Assembly (NCBI GenBank): GCA_964016885.1
Contig: OZ024740.1
Span: forward strand, 14,260,001 to 14,324,000
Reading direction: 5' to 3'
Source of the DNA: Eledone cirrhosa
Lineage: Eukaryota
Length of the DNA stretch: 64,000 bases
In this document: positions 26,600-38,715 of the stretch, piece after piece
How the letters are laid out: each line of letters opens with the position of its first letter
Numbering within the stretch: the first letter of the stretch is position 1
Position numbers and translations under genes: made by a program
Notes under the pieces: model-generated
The model's input: only the letters and a program-made list of their open reading frames with translations
Database searches by the model: none
What the model was told of the DNA's origin: nothing

Positions 26600-27500
26600 A
26601 AGAAGAGCTTGTATTTACGTGAATTTAAAAAGAATTAACAGTTTGTAGGAATGGTGGAATATGATTCCAGAATTTAAAAAAAAATTATTTAATTATATTA
26701 TGAGTTATAATATTGTATATATAATCAATTAGATCATATGAAGAATTATGGCTGTAAGTACATTTTATTTTATTACATTACAACAGGTTGTAAGTATATA
26801 AATGTCTATATAGATTAATAATTGTGCAAGTATAAGTATTATTGGTGATTTTATAGAAATAAACCACACGTATTAATTGTTTACATTTCTAATATGAGTT
26901 ACGAAAGATGTTGATTTTACATTTTACATAAATATTTAAGAAAAAGACGTAGTTCAAGTTGTAATAGGAGAACAATTTGTAGATTCAAATATTTTGTTCC
27001 AACATTGAAAATGTTTTCAGAATATTGTTAATTTAGCGAAGTTATATAGTTTATCATACAAGTTATTATGTGTACGTTTGCTCAATTGTAAAGGAAAAGA
27101 TAACTCCAATCTTATTTGCTAACCATTAAATTTGATGAATGATTTACTCATATAGTATGTAGAGGAAATTATATATTATTTTGTGTGAGGTTATTTTTTC
27201 AAGGATGAGAATTTCAATTAAATATTATTTACGTCGAAAGATGTGTGATAAGTTTGAAGATTAAAAAGAGGAAAAAAGTATTATGCATTTCGGAGAACTA
27301 TCGTAAAGAGGATATCTTTCAGAATGTCAATTAAAGAGTATCTATCTACATCTAAAATATAGATTAAGAAGAGTATCATTAGGAAAAGAATATCAAAAGG
27401 TAAAAATATTAAATTTAAGAAGGAAGATCATTTAAAAAATGTTGACGATATTAACGATCCTAGACTATGTGTAACACATACGAAGAAACACGTGTCAGTG
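26600..27500 (-). pseudogene. Heavily decayed CR1/L2-like reverse transcriptase remnant
   Basis: Scattered minus-strand motifs in the expected order: GSLISSTFF..NDLP, KIGVIFS, LQLELRLFL, FWNHIP. Many stops. Confidence 0.35.
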
Positions 27501-27586
27501 TTATACAATAAATATTATTCCCACTCTTCTAAAATGAGATGTTTTAAATAATAATTTTGTAAATATATATATATATATATATATAT

Positions 27587-27896
27587 ATTACATAAGAAAC
27601 GGAGAATCAGTGGTGCGACGAATTAGAATTTATTAGACATATTACAATCGTTTGGAAATTCTACTGCGCGGGGTAAAAACGAATCTGAAGAATTTGCGAT
27701 TTCAGAGTCAGGTTCGATCCTCGCATCGATCGTACTTCGAGCTGGTCGCTAGAGAAACGTTTGTAATATGTCAAATAATTTTTAATTCGTCGCGCCACTG
27801 ATTCTCCGTTTCTTATGTGATATTATACTCTGCTCCGTAAGTGCATTGAGTGCTCAAACGGTCTACCGCATATGGACGCTTTAAGCATCTCACACC

Positions 27897-27900
<4 letters not shown>
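27587..27900. repeat. Fold-back element (about 65-bp arms) with degenerate hammerhead core in the spacer
   Basis: 27587-27652 is inverted relative to 27755-27822. The spacer has CTGAAGA...GCGAT..GTCGC...GAAA-CG-TT, and the tail is TACTCTGCTCCGTAAGTGCATTGAGTGCTC. Confidence 0.7.
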
Positions 27901-27950
<50 letters not shown>

Positions 27951-28107
27951 CAGAGTATAATATCACATAAGAAACCAGGAAAGCTTTCCTGATGATTTCT
28001 TTTGAATGAATCAGAAGCTGTTTCTATATGAAACATGATGTTTACTATCTACTAATGTATTGAGTACCTTACTTACTGTGGTTACTCACGATTGAACCGG
28101 GGGACTC

Positions 28108-28273
<166 letters not shown>

Positions 28274-28359
28274 ATCAGCTGTTTACGGCTACCCATCGCG
28301 CTGAGAACCATACAACTTTATGAAAATTCATATACATTCATCGCTTCAAACCTTTTCCA

Positions 28360-28408
<49 letters not shown>

Positions 28409-28538
28409 ATAAATTAACGGAGCCATAGACTCTCGCCATTCCCTGTAAATAATTGTTTCTACCTTTGGCACAAGGCCAGCATATACCCCTGTAAATAATG
28501 TGCTCAAAGGAGAAGAAATCCTGAGCTTTTAAAAAAAA

Positions 28539-29112
28539 TATGTTGAGAAGGTAACACACCAGAGAGAGATATATAGTGCGCTATCAATAAAACAGGGAAA
28601 AACCACCAGTGTATGGAATCTATAACCTATGAAAGGCAGACTATAGACACGATAATTAAAAATATAAATTAAAGCGTAAATAAACACCTCTATAACTGTT
28701 TGGTTGAGCACACTTCTCTGAGTGGTTTTGAGCTGCCCTTTCTAGCAGCTCGTCCCTCAGAGGCCACTGGTTCACTGCCCTTAAACACCCTGTGACTGCT
28801 CTCTCCCACGAGTTGCTGGACAGTCACTTTTAAAATTCTCTTAGTGTTGTCTGAAATGTATATCCTTACACACTCTGAGGAACCTGGGTTATTCCATTTC
28901 TGTCAGCAATTTACGGGCGAAATAGATCTCTTTGGATTTGTACGTGTGTTATGTAGTTATAGAGGTATTTATTTACGCTTTAATTTATATTTTTAATTAT
29001 CGTGTCTATAGTCTGCCTTTCATAGGTTATCGATTCCATACACTGGTGGTTTTTCCCTGTTTTATTGATAGCGCACTGTATATCTCTCTCTAGTGTGTTA
29101 CCTTTTCAACAT

Positions 29113-29115
<3 letters not shown>
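28539..29115. repeat. Long fold-back (about 158-bp arms) enclosing a hammerhead
   Basis: 28539-28697 is the near reverse complement of 28955-29113. Confidence 0.9.
28868..28949 (+). ncRNA. Type I hammerhead ribozyme with conventional-length stem III
   Basis: ACACACt-CTGAGGA-aCCTGGGTT...AATTTACGGGc-GAAA-TAGATCT cttt GGATTTG-TA-cGTGTGT. The core is intact, the first stem I pair is mismatched and stem II is irregular. Confidence 0.68.
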
Positions 29116-29174
<59 letters not shown>

Positions 29175-29176
<2 letters not shown>

Positions 29177-30205
29177 ACTTTGAACTTTGAATAACTTTGA
29201 AATGTTTTGGCCAGTATTGGCCCAGGCCATGTCTAACTTAATAGCACCACTTGGCGAAGTCTTTCAATTCAGGATTTGGGCACCATGGCCCATTCGAGAG
29301 GGGAATTACTGTTTGCGGAGACATATCCGGGTGTGGGTGGTTTGTCCGGGATTACTTGGAGGAATTTGTCCAAAGACTTCTTGAATTTTGTGTGGTCAGT
29401 TTCTGTTTTGACGTGTCCTGGTGTGATGTTGAAGAGAGCAGGGCCAATTGAGGTGTAATAATTGTGCCTTATTGTTGTTATGAGTTGCGATTTAGATTTT
29501 TGTTTGGGACGGATAGCACGGAGCCCAAGCCTTGGGTGTATCTTGAAGGTGATGCCAACATCATTTGGGCAGTGCTGATGAAACATTTTCCACATCATGC
29601 AGATAATATAACGCTCACGGCGACGTTGGAGTGAGTAAAGTTTCAGCTTTTCTAGTCGACCCCGGTAGTCAAGGTCTGACATGCTATCTATCTTTTTCGT
29701 GATTGCCCTTTGGGGAGCTTCAAGTTTCATGATACTTTGTTTCGTGTGGGGAGACCACAGTGGACAACAGTATTCAAGGTGTGGTCGGCCAAAAGTGGAG
29801 AAGAGAAGAATAATGGTGTGGGAATCTCTCGACTGGAAGGTTCTGAGGATCCAGGAACACATTCTGCGGGCCATGTCAACTTTGCTGCTTATATGCGTGG
29901 CCCAGCTTATGTTGCTGTCCACAGTTACTCCCAAGTCTCTGATGTTGTTAGATGCCACGAGAGTTTCACCGGAGGGAAGGGAGTACGGGAGTTTCAGAGC
30001 ATCCTCTTTTCCAAAGTGGATCAGTTCGAATTTGTCTTCGTTCAGTAACATGTTGTTCTTTTCCGCCCATTGGGTAACAGCCAGTAGGTCTGACTGAAGG
30101 CTTATCCGGTCATCCACGCCATTGATGACCTTCTGGAGCTTGGAGTCATCAGCGAAAATTCTAATGTTGCTGTGTTTGATGATGTCAGTGATGTCATTAA
30201 TATAT
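29175..30205 (-). mobile_element. 5'-truncated CR1-like LINE (RT C-terminal half, open frame 29269-30205)
   Basis: YINDI, FADD, RDLGV, RPHLEYCCPLWSP, LYSLQRRRERY and ALFNITP motifs, with a short TTCAAAG-type repeat tail at 29175-29200. Confidence 0.9.
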
Positions 30206-31154
30206 ATCATCATCATCATCATCGTTTAACGTCCATATTCCACGCTTGCATGTGTTTGGACGGGAGTTTTCCCACTTGAGGCAAGAGTGGTTGTCTTGCT
30301 CGCATAGGACTGTCTGGCGGGTTCTCTACAGCTGGATGCCCTTCCTAACACCAACCACATTTACAGTGTGGGACTGGGAGCTTTTTACCGTGTTACCTAC
30401 ACGGCCACATTACAGCGTGGACTGTGTGTTTTTTTTTGTCGTGACACCTACACGACCTCACTTGTTTCGGACTGGATGTTGTGGTACCAACATAACTTTA
30501 CATTGAAAGGGGCGCTGGTTGGACGGGGGTGTATTTTGTTAGAGGTGCCTACTGACTGTAGTAGGTTTTACTTAGTATTTAGGTAAGGCGGGTTTTCTCT
30601 ATTACTGAGTACCGCCAAAGATCTCGGTCCAGTGACATTGTCTTGGAGAGGTGTAAGTGTGTGAGGTCGGAATTTATCAAGTCGTCCCAGGTTTTTCTGG
30701 GTCTGCCTACTCCGTGGCTACCGTCTACCTTTATTGCCCTGCACTTTTTTATACAGCTGTCGTCTTTCATGCGCACCACGTGACCATACCAACGTAGCCT
30801 TCTCTCGAGTACACAACATCTGATCCCTCTTATTTCTAATTTTTCTCTTAGTTCGTTAATGCTTTGCCGTTCACGTATATTACTATTACACATCCAGCGG
30901 AGTATGCAAGCTTCGTTCCTCTCTAGTCTGCGTATATCCTCTGCACACAATGCCCAGGTTTCACTGCCATGCAGCATTGCTGTTCGTATGCAGGCATCAT
31001 ACAACCTGCCTTTCATTTTTAGGGAGAACCCTCTAGCGGCCAATAGTGGTATAAGCTCTCTGAACTTTTCCCATCCAGTTCTGACTCTAGCTACTGTACT
31101 TTCAGAGCACCCTCCCCCACTGCTGATTTTGTCACCCAGGTAACGGAAGCTGTC

Positions 31155-31160
<6 letters not shown>
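30206..31160 (-). mobile_element. 5'-truncated RTE-clade LINE with 3' UTR and (GAT)n tail
   Basis: [27 protein letters not shown] and GRPRKTW motifs with stop at 30579. The 3' UTR ends GGACGTTAAAC(GAT)n. Confidence 0.9.
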
Positions 31161-31203
<43 letters not shown>

Positions 31204-31204
31204 T

Positions 31205-31278
<74 letters not shown>

Positions 31279-31407
31279 CATACACACAGCGACACGTCTC
31301 CTACTGTTTGACAGTTTACGTTGTTTCACCACATCTTATTATCTGGGTCACACATATATACTCATACACACACACACATACACACACATATATATAAATA
31401 CATGCAA

Positions 31408-31482
<75 letters not shown>

Positions 31483-31584
31483 TATATATATATACGTGTA
31501 TGTATACACGTATATATGTGTGTATATATACATATATATGTATATATACACACATATATACGTGTATACATACACGTATATATA

Positions 31585-31656
<72 letters not shown>

Positions 31657-32380
31657 CACAAGTACTGAGATACAAACCCACTCTCTCTTTATATAGACCA
31701 CTATCTAGGACACACGCATTCGCGTGCATATACACACTACCTAGGGGACACACACACACAGACACACACACAAACACAGACGCATACACACACACATACA
31801 CACCCACTCACACAGACATACACACACATACACAGAGACACACACACAGAGACATACACACAGAGAGACACACACACAGAGACACACACACACAGACACA
31901 CACACATTCAACACAGACACACACACATACATACACACACAGACACACACACATACAACACAAAACACAGACACACACATAGACACACACACACACAACA
32001 CAGACAAACACACATACATACACACATCACAGACACACACACATACAACACACACATACATACAACACAGACACACAACACAGAGACACACACGTACAAC
32101 ACAGACAAACAGACACACACACAGACACACACACATACAACACAGACACACACACACACACATACATACACGCAGACACATCCCTTCCATAACAGACCTG
32201 ATATCTAGGTCACCTCAAAGCCTGTCAGGTTTGTTATTGTAGGAGTGTGTGTATGTGGTGTGTGTATGTGTGTGTGGTGTGTGTGTCTCTGTGTATGTGT
32301 ATGTATGTATGTGTCTATGCATGTGTGTGTATGCATGTGTGTGTATGCATGTGTGTGTATGCATGTGTATATGTTGTTAT
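31160..32380. repeat. Compound (TA)n/(CA)n/(TG)n microsatellite block
   Basis: Direct reading. Confidence 0.92.
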
Positions 32381-32538
32381 ATATGTTATCTCGGTCATCG
32401 TTTGTTGACAAGTGTTAGAATCATGTGTTCTACATATCAACTATACGTGTTAACGTATGTAAAATGTGTGATAAACGTCATCACTGTTGTTTACAACTAC
32501 CTAACGACTGTTAGCTTTAAGTGGTGTATGTATGTATG

Positions 32539-33760
32539 TTCTTCTGGTTTTATAATTTCACAAAGTTTTACCAATAGAGAGAGAGTCAGTTTCTAACATA
32601 GACACAAGACTCTCATTGGAATTTACACAACATCAACTAGGTAGATATGTATGTATGTGTAGGTATGGATGTTATTGTATGTGTGGATGTGTATGTTCTG
32701 AGTTGTATGTGTGCATGTGTATATGCTTTGTATCTGCACGTGTGTATATGCAGTTATTAGATGCAAATTTTTGGAATGTTTTACATATTTTTACTGTTCC
32801 ATTAATGGATTGTACTTGTAATTTCCTAACTAGTTGTGTTCTTTCTGTTTCTGTGAAGCCTAGCTTCTCAAGATTTGTATTGAGGCAGTTACTAACATAC
32901 CCCAGTGCCCCAATAATCACAGGCATAAATCTGAAGGTGTAATCAGGGTGGAGTATCTGCAGATTTCTCATTAGTTCTGCATAGATATTCTCCTTTTCGT
33001 TAATATTTGATATTATATTGCAATCTGCTGGGCAGCTAATTTCCACTACTGTGCATGCTTTCTTCTCCCCGTCCCATATCATAATATCTGGTCTGTTATG
33101 CCTGCATTTTATTGGGGACTTTACTGGAACATTCCACCAGTACTCTTTCATATTATGTACATGGATGTCTTCCACATTGCTGTAGCTTTTAATGTGTTTA
33201 TTATCGGGGCTATATTTTTTACGAACTGCATTGTACAGTGTTTTGGCCACTACATCATGCCTCATAGGTAGATAGTTCCGCGATGACATCTTTGGGCAGC
33301 TGCTGATTACATGGGTGATATCCTCGCTGTTAGTTCTGCAGAGTCTGCACTTATCACATCTAGGTGTTTTGCCTCCATCCCTATCTCTTTTGTGAATCAG
33401 GTATTTCGTGTTAATCTCCTGTTCTTGGATTGCAAAAGCGTATCCTTCAAAGTGGGAGCCAATATAGCGGTTGTTGGTCCAAGATAGACTACTTTCCTTA
33501 TCTATATTACTCTCACTCTGGAGCTTCCTGGCAACATATCCATGCATGATTTTTTGCTGATAGGCATGCAGTTCTTCATCCATGGATACACTGCGATACT
33601 GCTGAGCGACTTCCCTGGGTGTGAGTTTTTGATTATCACACAGGGAATATCTCTCGAGGAGTTCCTTCCCATCTCTCATGATCTTATCTGTTTCGTGCAG
33701 ATAGACTGGCTCGAGAAGCGGGCTCCTACGCTTCGAGGTTCATAGACGTTGTCGGAGAGA
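32539..33760 (-). mobile_element. 5'-truncated R4/Dong-type non-LTR retrotransposon (restriction-like endonuclease domain)
   Basis: AIQEQEINT, CRLC...EDITHVISSC, RHDVV, HNRPDI...VVEISCP...KENIY and PVIIGALG motifs. The 3' UTR ends ...AACCAGAAGAA, and (TATG)n lies at both junctions. Confidence 0.9.
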
Positions 33761-33791
33761 TATGTATGTATGTATACATTATGTACGTATG

Positions 33792-33905
33792 TTCTTCTGG
33801 TTTTATAATTTCACAAATTTTTACCAATGGAGAGAGAGTTGGTTTCTAACATAGACACAAGACTCTCTCATTGGAATTTACACAACTTCAACTAGGTAGA
33901 TATAT
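33792..33905 (-). mobile_element. Second 3'-end fragment of the same R4/Dong-type element, in tandem
   Basis: Near-identical direct copy of 32539-32650, also abutting TATG repeats. Confidence 0.85.
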
Positions 33906-33929
33906 ATGCATGTCTGCATGCATGCATGT

Positions 33930-34718
33930 AGGCGCTTTGGTGCAAGCACGAAGTATTAACATCTATATTCCGAGGGTTTTTGTATGCAGATGACCGATCT
34001 TTTTTCACACTCACAAAATGATATGCAGCAAAATATGAAGTTGCAGCGCTTTGGGCCTCACAATAAGCTTGGAAAAGACTGTTGTGATATATCAGCCAGC
34101 ACCTGGAAAAGAGTACACTACACCAAGTGTGTACTTATACGGAAAGAGGCTAAAGGTTGCTGACAAGTTTATTTACCTTGGTAGTACGTTGAACACTTCA
34201 TGCACAATTGATGATGAGATATCCTTAAGAATCAAGAAAGCCAGTGATGCTTTTGGACGGCTGCATCAACGTTTATGGTCCCGAGGAGGTATCACTATCG
34301 AAACCAAGGTGAAAGTGTATCTGACTTGTGTCGTCTCCTCTTTGTTTTATGCCTGTGAAACGTGGATCACATACAGAAAGCACCTCAAGGAACTGGAGAG
34401 GTTTCACCAACAATCTCTTCGTAAGATACTTGGGGTGCAATGGAAAATGTTCGTCAGTGATTTGGAAGTTCTCGAACAGAGCAGGTGTATGGGTATAGAG
34501 AGCCTAATCTTTCGGCATAGGTTGAGGTGGTGCGGTTACGTGTCCGGATGTCTGATGATCGTATTCCAAAGCAACTTCTCTGCGGAGAAGGGTGTGAAGG
34601 AAGGCGACCACCACACAAACCAAAAATGTGGTACCAGGACTGTGTCAGAGGCACCTTGGCTTGTGCTGGAATTTCATCTGACGTATGGGAGAAAATAGCT
34701 GAGGAGCGTGTGAAGTAA
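33930..34718 (+). mobile_element. RTE/BovB-like LINE fragment
   Basis: FLYADD, GLTISLEKT, FIYLGSTL, RIKKASDAFGRL, YACETW, RLRWCGYV and RMSDDRIPKQLL motifs, with frameshifts. Confidence 0.88.
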
Positions 34719-35028
34719 TTCCATGTAATCTGATGGCGAGTAATCCAGTGAAACCCATAGAAAAGTTCTGTGTTCCGCTGAGTTAATTCCTTAGATACAG
34801 AGTCAGATATTAGGTATTAAATTAACAATGAAAATAATAACAACAAAGTCAAGTTACTTTACCTATTCATATAATTATTTTAGGATCGTTTCGGAGGGTC
34901 GATCATATTGACATATTGTCTGATCTATAGCAGTTATATAATTGTATACCATCAGACTTCATATATGGGTTCGATCGGACCGTCTTCCTATTGTTATTTA
35001 ATATCAGTTGTCTCAGTGATAGCAGTGA

Positions 35029-35072
<44 letters not shown>

Positions 35073-35073
<1 letters not shown>

Positions 35074-35975
35074 GAGGGGTATCAGAAAAGTTCCAGGACT
35101 GATGTCACAAAAGATTTATTTCAAACCCAAACTTCACACTAAGAGTTTTCTCCTTCAAAGTAATCCCGCTGGAGTCTAATGGATGTTTCCATCCTTTTCT
35201 GCGACGCTTGCATGCACTCCTGGAAGGATTCTTCCGGGATCCCCCGCAGTTCCATCGTCACGGCCTTTTTGATGTCATCCACGTCTTCAAAACGGGTCCC
35301 CTCCGGGTCGTACTCGAAGATTCATGACTCATCACTGGTGATTACTGTCTCTAGCAAGTCTGGTTCGGTTTCAAGACGCTCGAGGATGTCCTGGCACACT
35401 TGCATGCGTCGACCCTGGGTCATCGTTCAGCAGTTTTGGCGCCATCTTCGCGCAGACTTTCCGCATGTCCAAATCTTCAGTGAGAATCTTCCAGACGCTG
35501 TCCCGATTCATGCCCAGCTCATTTGCCATCAGTCGAACAGTCAGCCGACGATTGCAACGCACCATCTGCCTGACGCGCTCAACGTTGACCTCAGTCCTGG
35601 TTGTTGAGGGCCTTCCGCTCCTGGAGTCATCTTCCACGCCCTCGCGTCCTTCTTTAAACCTCTTGCACCACTCAAAAACACGTGAGCGTGACATTGTCTC
35701 ATCTCCATACACTTGCTGCAGCAATCCCAGTGTTTCTCACGGAGTTTTCAAGTTTGTTCGTTGCTCTGTGCTCATTGCTTGACGACCTGAAACAGAGGAC
35801 ATGTACCGGTATATAAAATTGTGAAGAAAAAAGTTTGATCGCTGCAGAGAGGTAAGATTACAGTTACATACTCCAGGGGGGGGGGTTACTTTGAAGGAGA
35901 AAACTCTTAGTGTGAAGTTTGGGTTTGAAATATATCTTTTGTGACATCAGTCCTGGAACATTTCTGACATATCTC

Positions 35976-35976
<1 letters not shown>
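35073..35976 (-). mobile_element. Internally deleted mariner element with about 105-bp TIRs
   Basis: TA-CGAG...CTCG-TA termini. HTH region VYGDETMSRSRVFEWCKRFKEGRE..DDSRSGRP and ITSDESWIFEYDPE are joined directly to C-terminal GTRFEDVDDIK...DYFEGEN. Confidence 0.92.
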
Positions 35977-36029
<53 letters not shown>

Positions 36030-36242
36030 CAGCGGTGGAAACATTTCTGAACGGGGAGGGAGGGGGGAGGAGGGGGGGGGTTACAAATTGAGTCAATTTA
36101 GTTGTAGTGATTAGTTTAACTCTTTGCACTCTAAAATGGTCAGAAAATGCAATTTGATTCCAAGCAGGTCACATTACATTTGCAGCTTCCAATAATTATA
36201 AATTGATTATAGCAAAATGACCTATGAAATCTGTCTCTGAAT

Positions 36243-36745
36243 AAACATACTGGCAATTGGCAATACACATACTAGCAATTGGCAATACACATACTAGCAA
36301 TTGACAATACATCTACTAGCAATTACCAATACACATACTAGTAATTAACAGTACATATACTAGCAATTGGCAATACACCTACTACCAATTAGCAATACAC
36401 CTACTAGCAATTGGCAATACACCTACTAGCAATTGGCAATACACCTCTAGCAACTGACAATACACATACTAGCAATTGGCAATACACCTACTAGCAACTG
36501 ACAATACAGCTACTAGCAACTGGCAATACATATACTAGCAATTGGCAATAAACATACTAGCAATTGACAATACACCTACTAGCAATTGGCAATGCACCTA
36601 CAAGCAATTGGCAATACACATACTACCAAGTGGCAATACTCATACTATCAATTGGCAATACACATACTAGCAATTGGCAATACACCTACTAGCAATTGGC
36701 AATACATCTACTAGCAATTGGCAATACATATACTAGCAATTGGTA
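36243..36745. repeat. 22-bp minisatellite (ATACTAGCAATTGGCAATACAC), about 23 copies
   Basis: Direct reading. Confidence 0.95.
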
Positions 36746-36829
36746 AATAGTGATATGTGGACAAAAAGTTATGACGTGACAAAATAATTTACTATGAAGG
36801 CTAACATAATATATTACAGTGTTATTATT

Positions 36830-36937
36830 GAGCTGAGGTTGACTTTGCCTTTCATTCTTACGGGGTCAATAAAATAAAGTACCAGTAATATACTGGGTCA
36901 TTTTCTGGCCTTGTGCTTAAAGTAGAAACAATTATTG
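36830..36937 (+). mobile_element. SINE fragment (Nin-domain-like core)
   Basis: GAGGTTGACTTTGCCTTTCATTCTTACGGGGTCAATAAAATAAAGTACCAGT...GGCCTTGTGC matches the copies at 38810-39045. Confidence 0.7.
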
Positions 36938-37168
36938 AATATCAACCAAGATATAAAGAAACTTTGATATGTGATAAACATAACATGTACATGAATTGTA
37001 GCAATATACAAATAAATGTGTTTCCACCTGTATTTGTGTTGACATGTATACAACAGCAATGAGGGTTGGGGTTTCTATATTTACAGTAGAACAGTATGGA
37101 GGGCGATATATATTGTTTTAACATCATACTACAATGTCAAGTCCTACCCTGACTACTTCTTTGGACAG

Positions 37169-37358
37169 CTATTGTTTATGTCTTCCATAAAAATGTGATA
37201 TTACTGACATTATCAGTTCCGTCTTTTGCAGGTCTTTCTTGATATATGTTAATCCAGAAGTTCTGGGGTTACATTGAGGGTCATCAAGAAGGGAGCACAT
37301 CTTGCAGAGTTTACTGATGACCTTCGAGATATTCTCTTTATTTTTGAACACTTGGTTG
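37169..37358 (-). CDS. Possible terminal coding exon of an unidentified gene
   Basis: AG acceptor (..taatacag) followed by a complex open frame NQVFKNKENISKVISKLCKMCSLLDDPQCNPRTSGLTYIKKDLQKTELIMSVISHFYGRHKQ-stop. No recognised domain and a weak pyrimidine tract. Confidence 0.2.
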
Positions 37359-37380
37359 CTGTATTAATATATACTATTGT

Positions 37381-37702
37381 TGTTTAGTATCAGTTGTCTC
37401 AGTGATATCACATGATATCATATGATATTCTACTGGCCTCCTTGTTTATTATCAGTTGTCTCAGTGATACCATATGGTATCATATGATATTCTACTGGCT
37501 TCCTTGTTTAGTATCAGTTGTCTCAGTGATACCATATGGTATCATATGATATTCTACTGGCTTCCTTGTTTAGTATCAGTTGTCTCAGTGATACCATATG
37601 ATACCATATGATATTCTTCTGGCTTTCTTATTTAGTATCAGTTGACTCAGTGATATCATATGATATTCTACTGGCCTCCTTGTTTAGTATCAGTTGTCTC
37701 AG
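37381..37702. repeat. 62-bp minisatellite, about 5 copies
   Basis: TGTTTAGTATCAGTTGTCTCAGTGATACCATATG... recurs at 37381, 37443, 37505, 37567, 37629 and 37681 (last interval 52 bp). Confidence 0.93.
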
Positions 37703-37704
37703 TT

Positions 37705-38080
37705 TTCGTGTAGGAAACAGTTTTTCTGCATTGAACTATGAAACATGAACATTTCATTCGACCAAACTCCATCCCGATATCAACTGAAAATAACTCCAGC
37801 AGCATTGTAAATATTTCTAGTATGGATTTTTAGATCAGCCACAAATATAGGTACACCTTTCTGTTGTACACCCTAGCATTTATAAGCGCTGGCTTTCTGT
37901 AAAAGGAAAGACCGAAGATAATCAAAAAAACATATAAACGGCTTCCTTGGAGAATTCCATTTGAAGTAGTGTTACGACGATACAAAATGGTCGATTTGTG
38001 TCATGTTATTTTATTAAGTTCACTAACATTTTCTTTGCCTTCAATAGTTTTCCAAAATCTACCGTCCATCTAGCATTGAT
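37705..38080 (-). pseudogene. Decayed R4/Dong-type reverse transcriptase fragment
   Basis: Minus-strand motifs in order NGILQGS, FVADLKI and DIGMEFGRMKC resemble GIFQGD, FVDDLKL and DIGMxFGxxKC. Confidence 0.55.
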
Positions 38081-38093
38081 GTAGCCCTCCAAT

Positions 38094-38715
38094 CAGGGCC
38101 GCATTTTATGGAGGGGGAGACAAAGGGGGAAATTACCCCGGACCTCATGCTGTAGAGTGGGGCCCAGCTGGGATTTTTAGTTTTAGGATGGTTAGAATTT
38201 TTGAATTTATTACCTGTATGCAAGGGCCTTGTTTCAGGGGAGTACCAGGGGACAAGTCCACCCACTTTTTCAGGAATGGGGGACAAACCATCTTTTGTCC
38301 CCATACTTTTTTCAAAATTTAAAAACCACTAAGAAAATTCCACTAACCTGTTTATTTGATATAATAAATTCATTTTAAGCTTATTTTTATTTTTATATAT
38401 CTGAACTTCAATTGAATATATAAAATTTAATTAGCGTAAAATATTACTTATGTGATAGGGTCCAGGAAAGGCACCATAAGCAATACTAACATGTTCCTTT
38501 AAGAATCAACAAATGCTGGTTTGTCCCCTTCACATTTTTAAGGCAAATGAGGCCCCTGCCTGTATGTATAATTTTTCAATTCCAATTACTTGCACCAAAC
38601 AAACTTTGATATGTAAAAATATGGGGCGGGAGCTGTGTATTCTAATTTTTTGTGTATGAGGGGACAGAGAAAACCTGAAGTGCCCAGGGTCTCCCAATCT
38701 CTAACTCCAGCCCTG
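38094..38715. mobile_element. hAT-type MITE (outer)
   Basis: CAGGGC...GCCCTG termini with an 8-bp flanking duplication CCTCCAAT/CCTCTAAT (7 of 8 match). Confidence 0.75.
38221..38558. mobile_element. hAT-type MITE (inner, nested)
   Basis: Perfect 8-bp TSD CCTGTATG at 38213-38220 and 38559-38566. Imperfect TIR CAAGGGCCTTGTTT / AAATGAGGCCCCTG. Confidence 0.85.

Noticed and set aside
34730-34765. CTGATGG...GAAA motif
   Set aside because: No supporting helices.
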